The notes under the pieces: model-generated | What the model saw: only the letters and a program-made list of their open reading frames with translations | What the model was told of the DNA's origin: nothing | Database searches by the model: none | DNA from: Azolla caroliniana | Taxonomy: Eukaryota; Plantae; Polypodiophyta | Length of the DNA stretch: 64,000 nucleotides | Reading direction: 5' to 3' | NCBI GenBank assembly: GCA_043228905.1 | Contig: JBHGNT010000005.1 | Coordinates: 6,200,001 to 6,264,000 of the forward strand | Part shown: positions 27,201-40,291 of the stretch, piece by piece | Position numbering within the stretch: the stretch's first letter is position 1 | How the letters are laid out: every line of letters begins with the position of its first letter | Translations under genes and position numbers: made by a program

Positions 27201-29023
27201 TACCAATAAAGCAAGTTCTTGATCTTGAATATGTAGGGCATGAATACATCATGTTAGTGGGCACAAGTAGGCCAAACTAGAAGCAACATCAAAACATGTA
27301 CATGAACATAACATAACATACACATAAAATACCAAAATAGAAAACGTGCAACATGTAACAAAATAGATACCTTAGCACATTATATATGTATATATATATT
27401 GGGATCGTGTAGTGTGTTTTTATGTAAATTTGTATGTGTTGCTTTATGTGTGAGTATGCATACATGTATATCAATATATGGAGGATAAGTGTGTGAATGT
27501 GTCTTTTTATATTTATGCGTGTGTGTAAGTGTGGATATGTGAATGTCCTTTGTGTTTTAATTGTGTATGTGATTTTTTTAAAGTCTATGGGTATATAAAA
27601 GTGTAGGTTTATATTTAGAATTATGTGTAAAGTGATAAAGCATGGGGCCAAGCCTCAACTCGAGGTTTGAACATTTGAGGGCCTTATGTTGGACTCGAGG
27701 CTTGGAATTGAGTCAAGTGTGAATACTTGAGGGTTGGGTGATCAACCAAACCTTGAGGCTTAGCCTCTTTGAGAATTGGAGGAGGGGTGAACCAATGCTT
27801 GAGGGTTGAGTGCTCGAGGAGTGGGGATGCTTGAAGGTTGAGGTCAAGTTGATGCTCGAAGGCTCTACACCTTCAAGATTAGAGAGCAAGCCCTCAAGCA
27901 TAAGGGTTGCAACCTCAAAGACTCACTGGTGAATGATTGGCTTGAAGGTTGCCACCACCTCTTCTCTCCTCGAGATTGAGTGTTCACACATCCGTGAAAC
28001 CCATGTAAATTTGAGGATTGGAATTTCAAAGTTGAGAGTTCAAGTGGTCACCTTCGTGAGTGGAACTCAAGCATTCACAAGGATGTTAATGCTAGAAGTT
28101 GAATGATTATGTGCCCCATCGAGCTCAGGCGTTCACACATGTTATTGTGTGCCCAATTCTCTATTCGAGGGCAATGTTTCCATGTAAACTTATTTGACCC
28201 TCTCACAAATCACGTGCTAATGCCTATAAAAGAAGAACTTCACCTAGTTTTTCAGAACTCCGTTTCATGGGTTCAACACTCTTGTTCATAAACTTCTCAC
28301 ACTCGTAACTTTTCCTCAAAGACTTCCAATGGTGATCCAAAAAATCCATCGTGATTTCCTCAAAATTCCCTAGATGATTTGCACAAAGAATTGCCGAGTG
28401 CTCGGAGAATAATGGAGCCTCTTGTGAATTTACATGTTTTCACACATAGGTCGACACTCGGTGATCCAATACTCAAACTTGCAATTTCGTGACGATCTTA
28501 ACCCATAAACTCGTTCCAAATACATGTATAATTTAATGAAACCTTACAATAGTTCACAATAATTTTAAGAAGCTCATAGTAAGATACAACTAAGGTTAAA
28601 ATCATTAACCCCATTAGATGGGATGGCTAGAGTAGGATTTGGGTCAAGGCAGATGATAGAGAGTAGGGAAGAAAAGAGTAACAAACAACTTGCTAAATCT
28701 CTCATTAGTGTTCAACGCACGTGGGAATTATGCACACTGCAGGATGTTCATCAACAATCACTTCCCTCTTGTGAGAAAGGAACTTTCGGTTTGTGGCAGA
28801 TGAGTGAGCACTTTGTCATCCAAGTAGTGCAACCATTGTCTGAGTGAGGATACTCTTACACCAAGATGTACAAAGTTCAAACTATAGAGCATATCATGTT
28901 CAAGCATCGGCGTGATAGTAATGTGTTCCTTCTCGATTATATATCATCTATATCTGCTACATTTACATGTGGAATGCATGGCTAAACCCAACCATGGCAA
29001 CTTGAAGACCAAGTACGATGGGA

Positions 29024-29055
<32 letters not shown>

Positions 29056-29184
29056 TTTAGAGAGTTATTGCCAAGAAAACCTTCACACACGTAGACCTAT
29101 TTAGCCTAATGTGCAAGAAAGAGCTAGTCAATGGATGTATGTTTGAAGGTTTCCTCCACCTCGACCACAACACACACATACACT

Positions 29185-29374
29185 TAGGAGTCGGCAATGA
29201 CTCGGGTCAAGCCTAAACCGAGCTAGTAAACTGGTTTTTATACAATTTGGTGGTGGTTTAGCGGTTCGGTTCAAATTTGAGTGTCCTTAATTGGCTTGAG
29301 CTCGGTTTGGCAATGCTCAAGCCAAACCGAACCATTTAGGGCCAAAGAGGTTCCGTTCAAGTTTCCGATTTCCA
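29185..29374. mobile_element. Short hAT-type MITE
   Basis: 8-bp TSD CATACACT/CATACACC (29177-29184 and 29375-29382), imperfect TIRs TAGGAGTCGGCAA / GTTTCCGATTTCCA, and internal AAACCG motifs. Confidence 0.6.
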
Positions 29375-29435
29375 CATACACCATTCATTTGATTCGACTT
29401 GATCTTCAAGCGGCCATCATTGGGTTTAGTCATGC

Positions 29436-29478
29436 GTCCCACATGGGAAGGTTTACATCAAAATAAAGCTATTATATA
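29436..29478 (+). promoter_or_regulatory. Plant snRNA-type Pol III promoter (USE plus TATA)
   Basis: GTCCCACATGG (29436-29446; consensus RTCCCACATCG) lies ~24 bp before ATTATATA (29471-29478), the spacing used by plant Pol III genes such as U3 and U6. Confidence 0.88.
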
Positions 29479-29502
29479 GGCTCCGAGGAAGGCCATTCTG
29501 CT

Positions 29503-29737
29503 ACGACTATACTTGAACAGGATCTGTTCTATAGTTCGTACCTCTTGTGTGAGCAATGCTCTGCTCAGACAATGTCTGCACTACTCGGAAGATGAAGTAT
29601 GTGCTCATCTGCCAGAGCGCGAATAATAACACAGCCACTCCAAACCCTAATCAAGTCTGGAGTGGCTATTGATGACCGTCCTGCAGCGTGCATAATTCCC
29701 ATCTGCAGTGAAGGCCGATGAGCGATCTGACGAGTAA
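29503..29737 (+). ncRNA. U3: U3 small nucleolar RNA
   Basis: 5' end ACGACTATACTTGAACAGGATCTGTTCTATAG matches plant U3 (GAC, A' and A boxes). Box C' GATGA 29591, box B GAGCGCGA, box C TGATGA, box D CTGA 29727-29730, terminal stem TACTCG/CGAGTA. Confidence 0.93.
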
Positions 29738-29745
29738 TCAATCCC

Positions 29746-29751
29746 TTTTTT
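29746..29751 (+). terminator. Pol III oligo-T terminator of U3
   Basis: T6 run directly after U3, followed by a T10 run. Confidence 0.75.
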
Positions 29752-29855
29752 GTTCGTTTTTTTTTTCTCTTCTTCTTCTTCTTCTTCTTCCCTTCCACAA
29801 CCAATGAAACCAAACAAATGCATAACATAGTGAATAATAGCTCTTTGCTCACACA

Positions 29856-30037
29856 GTGTAGTTCTGCCAATCTTGAATTTATATGTTTCCTATTGCAAAA
29901 AATAATTGTAGTTCTGCCAATCTTGAATTTATATGTTTCCTTGAATTTATATGTTTCCTTGAATTTATATGTTTCCTATTGCAAAAAATAATTGTAGTTC
30001 TGCCAATCTTGAATTTATATGTTTCCTATTGCAAAAA
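29856..30037. repeat. Nested tandem repeat (~50-bp unit with 18-bp subrepeats)
   Basis: TGTAGTTCTGCCAATCTTGAATTTATATGTTTCCTATTGCAAAAA occurs three times, with extra TTGAATTTATATGTTTCC copies. Confidence 0.9.
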
Positions 30038-31503
30038 AAAATACTTGCATCTGTTTCCATGTTTCTAGTACAATTTGTATATCATGGTCTACATTGGTAA
30101 CTGAGCAATTGAGAGAGTTTAGTCCTATTCCGCTCGAATCTATGTTGTTTCTAATCTCTGACTTGTATTCCTTAACTACCTACTTAGGGGAATCAACTTA
30201 ATATAATCTCAAACAAACTCGCTATAATATCCCCTTGCCCAATAAATGTTTGCAACCATCCCAAATGCCTAGGAGAAACTACTCAGCAATTGATTCGATT
30301 ATAATTGGATCTATGTGGATGGTATCAATCAACACAATATGCACCAAAGACAATTTTTCTATGAAAACATCACATTTGGAGAGGTACAAGCTCCAAGAAA
30401 ATCAAATACAATTTGCATATACTCTATAAACATGTCTCTCTTGAGGAGTTATTCACTAGAATATCATCTAAAATGTAAAATGAAGACCACAACCTTCTCC
30501 ATGTACAATTTAAACACACCAATCACCAATATGTTTAAACATAGAGCACATGATTGAGTCTAGTGCATTAGTGAGACCAAAAGGCACGACTAATAGCTTA
30601 GAATGGCCAAAACTTAGAAAGGTCCATTAGAGCAACAAATAATCAAAATAATACAAGTGGGGGCCAAATCCTAGAAAGAGTCTTTGCATAGGCAAGGATC
30701 TTGAACTTAGATATATATCAATAACATCCTATGGGAAGACCTCTCTAGTGTTCAACTAAATCTATCACCATTCAATGACGAGTGTGGTTATTCTACTATG
30801 CTTCTTGGAGTGCGAGGAACACCTAGTTTAGTAATCTTTGCCGAAATGTTTGTTATTGTGCTACTCAATTTGCAATGCAGGAGTGCACATACCACTTGTA
30901 TGGGACTAGCAACTTTGATAATGGGATCTTCCATTTTTACCTGGGATGAAATCATAACACATATAACACTACCTCATTCTTGGTACCAATGTTCTGTATG
31001 GAATATCTCATACTTGATGGCATGATGCTATTCTAAATGGAGATCAATCTTGGAAAAAATGGGAGGTGACCCAACAATTCATCCATTCAAGGTACCTCTT
31101 AGTTATTCAGAATCGTAAGCGCAATCAATGCACGATATTTGCTACATATACAGATCACGTGCTTATATTTCATTTCCACCCAACTGCGTCCGTACATCCA
31201 TTCACTGCACAAAGCATCATATCTCATGGGGTCCCATAGAATGTCGCTACGTGACAAACATGATTATCTTTGCTATGAATATAAGGAACTCGACGAAAAT
31301 GGACGGGCCCCAAAGGTTGGTGTGAGGAAAGAATGAGGGGCATACGACCGAAATAAAGAAAACTTGGGGGCATTCCAGAAAATAAAGAAAAGCTGAGGGA
31401 CAAGTTTGAGAGAGAGAGATATATATAGGGAAGAGGCATTTGAATGCAGCTTTTGCTTTTCACTCTTTCATCTCAGATCTAGTCCACTGTCTCTGTTTTC
31501 CTC

Positions 31504-32167
31504 ATGGCACAGACCGTGAAGCATGTTCTGTTGCTGAAGTTCAAGGATAGTGTGAGTGAAGCGGAAAAGGATGAACTTATTCAAGGCTATCAAGCTCTTC
31601 CATCGCTCATCCCACACATCAAGGCTTTTGAATGGTAAGACTCCTCTCTCTTTCTCTCTCTCACCTCCACTATGGTAAACATGTCAGATCTGTCAAGATG
31701 GATACCATGGTGCATGTTTTGCATGTATCCCTCTCTCTGATCCAGTGAATTATGTTAGGCCTGGAAAGTGGATGTGATATATGTATGCATGCATCTATCA
31801 TGCAGTGAATTATGTTAGATTCATGAAAAGGTGGACATTGTGTGTGTGGATGGATTTATGTATAGATGTTGTATGTAGTATGAATGGATTGAGTGGTGGA
31901 TGCCATGTATGTATGTATAATATATCATTTACATTTTTTCTTTTATCGTTTTCAAAACGTTGGCACTTTTGTAGGGGGACTGATGTAAGTGTGGAGAATC
32001 TACATCAAGGATTTACCCATGTATTTGTTTTGACCTTCGAATCATCAGAAGGCCGTGATGGCTATCTTATCCATCCCGCACATGAGGAATATGCAGCGAA
32101 GCTTCTACGCTCATTGGATAATGTTGTTGTCGTTGATTACAAACCCTCCTCGGTAAGCTGTGGATGA
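31504..32167 (+). CDS. Stress-responsive A/B-barrel (Dabb) domain protein, HS1/SP1-like, 107 aa
   Basis: Exons 31504-31634 and 31975-32167 (GT-AG) give MAQTVKHVLLLKFKD...KAFEWGTDVSVENLHQGFTHVFVLTFES...HPAHEEY...VVVDY. Confidence 0.93.
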
Positions 32168-32394
32168 ACCAAGGGTGCATCACCCATCGCACCTGGGTTA
32201 TGTAATAAATTTTCATTCTTATGCAGTCTTTTCATCTAAAATTTGGTGCAAAACTCATTTAAATGGTATGTCCTCAGTAAGCTGTGGATGAACCAAGAGT
32301 GCATCACCCATCACACCTGGGTTATGTAATAAATTTGGACTCTTATGCAGTCTTTCCATCTAAATTTTGGTGCAAAACTCTTTTAAATGGTATT
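32147..32394 (+). repeat. 124-bp tandem duplication of the Dabb stop codon and 3' UTR
   Basis: 32147-32270 is repeated at 32271-32394 with a few substitutions. Confidence 0.9.
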
Positions 32395-35300
32395 GAGTCT
32401 TACTCTTAACTATTCTTTTGCACTCACTTGAAAGGACATTGGATTATATCAATCTCTTAATTGTTATGATTTCAGCTCAGAAGAGTTGTGTCAGTGCCAC
32501 ATATTTGACTTGAATTTGCAAGACTTATGGACGAAACTCCTACTAAGTAATCCATACTGAAATCATTACTAACCCTTCTAGAGAACCTGATTTTCATTTC
32601 TAGATAGTTTATGTTGAAGAGCCCAAACCAAACACATGTTACTTTGTTTGGAAAACATGTTACTGAATCAAATCACACTTAATGTTCATGATGGATAGGC
32701 GGGTCAATGGTACATATGGTTACAACTATTTCAACAATTATTTCTACATAGCTTTTGAAGATGGCAAGATACAATAACAATTAAGTTCTTAACAAATGTT
32801 TCAACAATAATAGCTCATATAATTCCTACTCAAATTCAAGTTTGCACATAAAAACTCAAGTATTATAGTAGTCAAATTGATGGCTTTTATGTTTACATAC
32901 ATGGTTGTATTTACCTTTTACTTTTGCTTTCAATAGTAATGCCTTTAAATTCAGATTACAACAAATACCTCTACAATGGATAGTTTAAGTGTACATATGT
33001 GAGCATATTCCCCTTCCATTGTAGGTCTCAATAATAATGACTAAAAATTCAGATTCAAACTCAAGCTGTGTCAAATATCCAATTCTGTGTTTGATTCACA
33101 GAATTGGCAAAAAACTTTGTGAATGAAGTTGATTTTACTACTATTTAAAAGCAAATACAAATCTACAAGCCTATCCTAAAGAAACATACATATACCAAAA
33201 TATAAGATTACTAGTGGTACATTTAATTTTTGCTACTATTTATAAGCATTACAACACATCAAACTAGTGGTACATTGTTTTTTCAACATTTAGTTTTGCT
33301 GTGAGAATTTCGTAAACAAATATACTTTCGCATGATCAGAAAATATGCCTGGAAATTAAAGATAATCAATCAAAAATGCCGTTTCAAATATGGCACTTTT
33401 TCCTTCTTTCAAAGCATATTGTTAAATGGCATCATATAATAAGTTCATGAAAAAGCTGACTTCCCATTTGTCCCATGCATACAGACCTTTCTGATTAGGA
33501 ACCCATGCTTTGTTTCACCAAAAGAAAATGGTCAAAAAACCCGATTGACTGAACCAGCATGCTTCATTGCCTGTAAAAGTATGCAAAATAACTTTTGAGC
33601 CTAAATAATTTCCTTGACTTTGAATCCAATCCACAGAATAGCAAAAATGTGGAATAAAAGTTTTGGGGGCAGTTTTAAACAAGTTTTGGGACCATTGTGT
33701 CTTTTCTTCTTGCAGTTGCCTCTCTTAATGAGGCCTCCAATCAAACAGGAGAGATTTCACTCAAAATGATGATGAGTCTTCTAATAATATCAAGACAGTG
33801 CTAATCATCATGTCTTTAGCAGGACTTCGGAGTTAGAAAATTCAGCAAATAGCTGATTAAATGCTTCTTAATATCCATCAAGAAGTAGTGTACCAAGGAA
33901 TAGCTGATTATGACTATATATGGTTAGTCACTGGGCAATAAGCAAGTGATAAATGCATACCCATGTGATAGCTTTTGCCAAAGAATGAACAATTAGCTGA
34001 AAACTCGTAATATCCAGAACATCAACACAAATCCAAAATCCGTGGTAGCAGGAAAAGTCTGACAGGATAATAAACAAAGCAACATCTCCGGCTAATGATA
34101 GACATAGCCTCGGATAAAAGGAAACAGCCTTGGGACAAAACAAGAATAAATTACGTGCAACTGGGCAACCCTACCAAACAAGCCTCATGAGGGATTTGAC
34201 AAGACATAGCCATGGTTCATTTACCACACCACATGCTTGGGAGTAGACTCCTAAAATGCCAGTACTCTAGTACTTCCCCTCCGAATGCAAAACAACTAGC
34301 ATACATTAAAGAGATAATGAGAATGAGAATGACATTAACAGTGTCAAACACGGTAAAAAACAACTAAAGAAACCAAGAGAGGCAAAACTTCAACCGCATT
34401 GCAACTAACAAAGGTTGTCATTTAATCACCAATCCAATGGGGTTCAATCCAATCAAACACTATGTTGTGAAACATTAGTGAAGGGGAACCAATTAACTTC
34501 CCTAAACCGGCTGATCCTCCATGACATAATATGTAGTATGGAGAAGACAAAGAAACAGGTTGAGGATCAGAGCTAAAGAGGTTGCAGCACAAGGCAAACA
34601 ACAAGTTCAGTGAGCGCACAAGGCACATTAGGGACAAACAAAAGGATGCTCAGGGAACCATGCACAAGGCACATTAAGGACAAACAAGTTCATTGAGCAG
34701 GTAAGCAATATTTTAAAAAAATGATGCGCAGGGAACTATGGAGCATGTATATAACAGCAAGCATATTTACCGCTACAATATATGCACATTAGTGTAAATC
34801 GATGAGTTGGATATCACATCTTGCACTGACACAATATAATCTCTAAAGTCTTGTATTTTAATGGCATTGGGATTTAGCTATGAGGGTCCATCAATCAAGT
34901 GGACTGCCGCAAATCTTAGTACAGTGCATATTATTTACCCCAAAACATAAGGTGTACTTATCTTTTACCACAGCCCTCTGCACTCCTACAATTTGACATT
35001 GCAGAACTCTACTTGATTGTACAAGACAAAGACCTTCAAAGCATGTAGTCAATGTCATCTAGAATGAGAACATCTACCATAGTTTGAAGCACAGAATGTA
35101 TCTTGAGCCCTTGCCCAGGCCCTACGTCCAAACTCAAAAGCATTATCAGCACAATTTTAACCATATTGTGATCTTTGGCTTCTCTGGATGAGGAGTGATA
35201 CCGCCTCATGCTATACATGGGACTATGTCTACATATAGAATAAGGGCCTGCTAATGGTAGTAAGCTATAGGACTCATCATAAGATGCCTTTGAACTATTA

Positions 35301-35644
35301 TATAAAATCAATGTGCCAAAAAATGTCTTTGTTTGGGGAGAAGAACTCGCTTAAACTGCACAGTTACATTGAATCAAGTGATGAAAATCTTTATATTAAT
35401 AGATGCATATCCTCAATAAACTAGATAAAAACACGTGGACTTAGGGTCAAATTGTCAAAGAGCTCACAAAAACGAGGCGACACATGTAAAAATGTAGGTT
35501 TGCAATCCTCATAACCAGCAAAACAAGTAAAAGATAAAATAAAAGCATTAATACTAACATTTTAAAAAAAACTAATAAGTGAAAAAGGAGAGTGAGAGAG
35601 GAGGCACATAGAAGCACTTACATTAGGTCACCTGGACATGATCA

Positions 35645-36068
35645 TTATCGACTTAATTCAGCAGGAAGAGGTCGGTTAAATCCACCACGACGGTTCATGT
35701 ATTGCCTAGGTTGTCGTTTCGAATTGAATTTCACCGCTGATTGGTTAGCATCAGGAACAAAACATCCTTTTGTACTACTAAACCCTGATGGCATCCCAAG
35801 CTTTTTCATCATAGTTTCTTCTTCATCTTCAACATTATTACCGTCATTACTTCCCTCTTCTGTTTTAAGAAGACTTTTCCTCTCCTCGTCTTTGTCTGTG
35901 AGAAATTCTCCATCAATGGTAGACTTTTTAGTATCTTTGATACCTTTTATAGACGGGGACCTTGATCGGGATCGAGTTCTTCGGCTCGATTTGGAATACT
36001 CCTTTTCCCTATCTCTATCTCTGGATCTTTCCCTGTCTCTATCTCTGGATCTTTCTCTGTCCCTATCT

Positions 36069-36100
<32 letters not shown>

Positions 36101-36337
36101 ATCCCTGTCTCTATCTCTGGATCTTTCTCTGTCTCTATCTCTATCTCTATCTCTATCTCTCGATCTTTCTCTTTCTCTTTCTCTGTCTCTGTCTCTGTCT
36201 CTAGGTTTGTCCCTGTCCCTGTCCCTGTCTCGGTCTCGATCTCGGTCTTTTCCTTTGTGTCTTTCTCTTTCACGATCACGATCACGGTCACGATCTCTGT
36301 CTCTGTCTCGACTGCGTTCTTTCTCCCCTCTTTCCAT
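35645..36337 (-). CDS. SNRNP27: U4/U6.U5 tri-snRNP 27 kDa protein (DUF1777)
   Basis: N-terminal RD/RE/RS repeats and the conserved C-terminus MMKKLGMPSGFSSTKG...KRQPRQYMNRRGGFNRPL. Single ORF of 230 aa. Confidence 0.93.
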
Positions 36338-36963
36338 GGCTACTTAGGGCTGGAGCTCCCTCCCCTGACAACACACAGAGAGACAGAGAGACAGAGAGAA
36401 AGAGACTTCCGTCTTTTTTTTCTCTCGCAAAATATAACTAAAACCAATCGATTTTTTTGTGATGGGCGTGGACAATGGACAATGGACATCATCATCAATC
36501 CGAGAGACTTGGCTCCCTTGCTTCTTTGTCACGCCCGTATTCCTCCCGCCGTGTTCGCACACGTATTCTTCTTGCGTTTGTGCCATGATCATTGACATAC
36601 ATCCGTGAAACACACTTTTCTTTCCTGTATAGGTTTAAGGCCTCGTCCATGTTTCTGTTGCCGTTGCCCCTATATCCAGGTTATTTCCTTGACTTCCTGG
36701 GGAGTCCTTTCACCTCTGCGATTCGCCGGGTTACGGAGTTTGTTTGCAGCGTGATGTTTTTGAGGTCTCTTATGCCCCACTGCATACAAAAGGGAATATG
36801 TCATGTATCGACTTAGGTATGGAAAGCCAGTGTGACCATGTCCACATGAGTGGGAATGAGACACGTGTGTTGACTGAAGGTCGAGTGGCCATGTGTACAT
36901 GAGAGACAATATGACATATGTTAATCTCCCAACCATTTTGCCCTAGTGCACCTACTTGCATGT

Positions 36964-37260
36964 GTAGATCTTATTTGTTGTGTTTCGTGTAATGTATGTA
37001 TTACACGTTGCTATTCATTGGGATTTGGGTTCAATTACATTTGTGGAGACATCCTAATACGTGGAAACTATATTGCAACACAAGGTTTTATGTTAATCAA
37101 AACGAGGGATCTTCGTAGATCTTATTTGTTGTGTAATGTATTACACATTGATATTCATTGGGATTTGGGTTCAATTACGTTTGTGGAGACGTCCTAATAC
37201 GTGAAAACTATATTGCAACACATGCTTTTATGTTAATTCAAAACGAGGGATTGTCGTAGA
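36964..37260. repeat. ~150-bp tandem duplication
   Basis: GTAGATCTTATTTGTTGTG...AAAACGAGGGAT occurs twice (36964 and 37115). Confidence 0.85.
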
Positions 37261-37862
37261 AGTAATGGAAGAATTGAAAATGTTTTCCTTGTTCATTGAT
37301 AGGGAATATTTTCAAGTGATTCAACAAGAAGAATGTATATTAAGGTACCCTTGTATTTTAATTGAGGTTGACCACATCACATATTGTTCCCCAAAGAAAG
37401 CTAGGCCACATTATCTAAGAACAATACCCATCCAATGAGCATTAACATTCACATTTGATCACAAAGATGGTTAGTCAATACTAACCACAACATGTTAATT
37501 GTCTTGCCATTGTTCTGTCTAATCTTTTGTATCCCATGCACTCATCTCCTCTCTCATCTTGACTTTTTGGGTTGTGTTGAAGTGTCTTGATCCAATTACA
37601 CATCTAGTTGTGATCACATTATCCCTCCCATCTACATCCTCACAATCAAATTCGCCCATCCTCGCATATGCTCATCTTTTTATCTATCCTCTCATTCATT
37701 CATTTGCCCATCCTCTCTCATTCAATATGTTGACATTATTGGCCATTTCATTTACTTGATCCCTACAAGCAACCATGTTGTTCTAAATGGATCACCAATT
37801 CCAACCTCTAGACCAATAATGAATGCCCTATACAAAGTGAAACTAGAGTTTCTTATGTCTTG

Positions 37863-39474
37863 TAACAATTGGCAATGGTTCGATTCAGTTTGAGAGGGTC
37901 AAAACCGAACCGTTTAAATGTTTTGAAACCTAAACCGAACCGAACTACAAACCTGTTAAGCCGAACTGTTAAAATTTTATCAAACCATTAAACCATTAAA
38001 ACCGCAGTTTGGTGGTTCGGTTTTGGTTTTCAAGTTAGGTCTAAATTCAAATTAAAAAAATTTCATTATTTTAAAATTTCAAAAATTTAAAGATTTTCCT
38101 AAAATGTGAGAATAAGGCTTGAAAATGAAAAGATTGTTTTTAAATGATTTTTTTTTAAATTAAAAAAAAAAAATCGTTGTCGTGAAGATCCGTCACTACG
38201 CGCGGATCATGAGGCGGAACCGGCGGGGTTCTGGACCGGAAGGACTCGAATTTTGCACAAGCTTTAGCGAGAAAGGAATTAAGATAGATTGAAAGAGAGA
38301 GATTGAGATAAGATAGAACATTTGTTTTAGATTGAGAGAGAGATTAAGATTGAACTCTTGACTTTAGATTTGAAGAACAAGATCGATACATCAATTGGAT
38401 AACGAATTTCTTACTTTTAATTTCTTGATTAAAACATCGCTTAGATAACAAATTTTCTTCTTAGTATTAATTTTGATATAAAGTACAAAGCTTGCTTGAT
38501 AAAAATCCCCTTTTTGCTTGATTCCTCCACTCTTTTATAGATGCCCCCATGCATATGGTGCATGAGAGGGTGCAAGACATGCACGCAATGCATGCTTGCC
38601 ATGCCATCATTTAAGCTCTCACACATGAGAATTTACAGGTAAAGCTACAATGATAAAAATATAATCCCTAAAGAAATGGTTTGGCTTAATGGTAAGTCTA
38701 TTGCTTCTTATCTTGGAGGTGTTAAGTTTGAGTCTTGCTTATATCTTTTTCTTTTATGTACAAAATATTATTAGGCTTTTGGACCAAATATCTTTAAGAC
38801 ACCATGCATCGCGATCAACCGATCCGTCCGATTTGTATTTGTTTGGTCCGGCCGAGTCTGCATCTTGAGTCGCTTTCTGATCACCGGTTGCCGCCGGTTT
38901 TGGTTGGCCAAAAACATTTACAAGTAGTTAGGCCAAACCCACCCATCCAATTAGCTTAGTTCAAGTCACCTTTAACTCTCTATGCTCCACACATAAACAT
39001 AAAGATAATAGCTTTTGCTCTACTTTATATATGGTAAGATCCTTATTTGTCCTGTCTATGTGGGATCTGTCACAGTTTTATCTTTATCTTTTCCTTTGCA
39101 AACTTCCTACCCTCATAACTTAAGATTTAGATGTTCATTTCTTATGTAGTAAAGTGCATTCGAAAGCTCCTGAAGACCTCCATCTTTTTGTACTAAGATA
39201 TTAAACTTATTTAAAATAGTATTTTCACTATTATGATTCATACTCGATTTCGTATGTTTTATGTGATTTTCACACCATTGCCGAAAATCTTCACGACATC
39301 GTTAAATCACGGTTTCTAACTGTTGAAACTAAACCGAACCGTTTAAAAAAACCTGAACATGAACCGGACCAAACCATTTTAAAACCTGAACTTGAACTGA
39401 ACCGAACCATTTAAACCGTTAAGCCACAATTTTGCGGTTCGGTTCGGTTTGAACCAAACCGTTGTTGATTGTTA
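37863..39474. mobile_element. hAT-type MITE carrying a nested solo LTR
   Basis: Perfect 8-bp TSD ATGTCTTG (37855-37862 and 39475-39482), TIRs TAACAATTGGCAATGGTT / AACCGTTGTTGATTGTTA, and AACCG-rich subterminal repeats. Confidence 0.9.
38178..39298. mobile_element. Solo LTR (1.12 kb) inside the MITE
   Basis: Perfect 12-bp termini TGTCGTGAAGAT / ATCTTCACGACA with a 4-bp TSD TCGT. Absent from the sister MITE at 39833. Confidence 0.85.
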
Positions 39475-39832
39475 ATGTCTTGGGTACCTCACATTGGGTT
39501 TGATATGCTGCCACGCAATTATAGAGCCACAACCCTGTGAACAAAAGATAAGTTGTGGAAATACATACATATGTTTAAATACATTGATACATATGTACAC
39601 ATTAGAGTTTTGAATACCAACACATTTTAGAAATTAGAGATTGATTGATCTGAATCATCATGAACAATTATGACCAAGCCTTTTTATCATCATCATCATC
39701 ATCACTTGCTAGTACATCCTTCGAAAGTTTACTCCTAAGCTCTCTTGATTTAACACGTCTCTAAAACACACGAACACAAAACAAAAACTAGCATAAAAGG
39801 TTGCAACCCAATTGAAGAGTTGCATTTGTAAC

Positions 39833-40291
39833 TAACAATCGGCAACGGTTCAATTTGAGAGTGTCCAAACCTAACCATTTAAAAAATTTAAAACCTAAAT
39901 CAAACTGAACTGAACCACGAAACCGTTTTAACCGAATTAAAATCCAAACCATTAAACTGCTAAACCCGTGGTTCGGTTTCGGTTTCCAACTTAGGTCAAA
40001 GTTCAAAATTCAAAATTTTACAATTTTCATTATTTAAAAATTTAAAGTTTTTTCCTAAAATGTGAGAATTAGGCTTAAAAATGAAAAGGTTGTTTTAAAA
40101 AACAAAATTATAAAAATTATAAATAAATAAATAAAACCATCAACCCGTTAAATTGTTTAAATTGCGGTTTCAAACGGTTAAAACCGAACCAAACCGAACC
40201 AAACCGTTCACCTCCAAACCGAACTATTGAAAGTGTTCGGCGGTGGTTTCGCAGTTCGGTTGGGTTCAAACCAAACCGTTGCCGATTGTTA
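39833..40291. mobile_element. hAT-type MITE, 459 bp
   Basis: Perfect 18-bp TIR TAACAATCGGCAACGGTT and perfect 8-bp TSD TTTGTAAC (39825-39832 and 40292-40299). Confidence 0.93.

Noticed and set aside
28600-28960. Possible further LINE remnant
   Set aside because: Too degenerate to support.
29856-30037. CRISPR-like appearance of short repeats (also 19412-19609 and 63605-63895)
   Set aside because: Contiguous tandem units without unique spacers, no cas genes, eukaryotic context.
35592-36347. 251-aa plus-strand ORF rich in SL repeats
   Set aside because: Antisense shadow of the RD repeats of SNRNP27.
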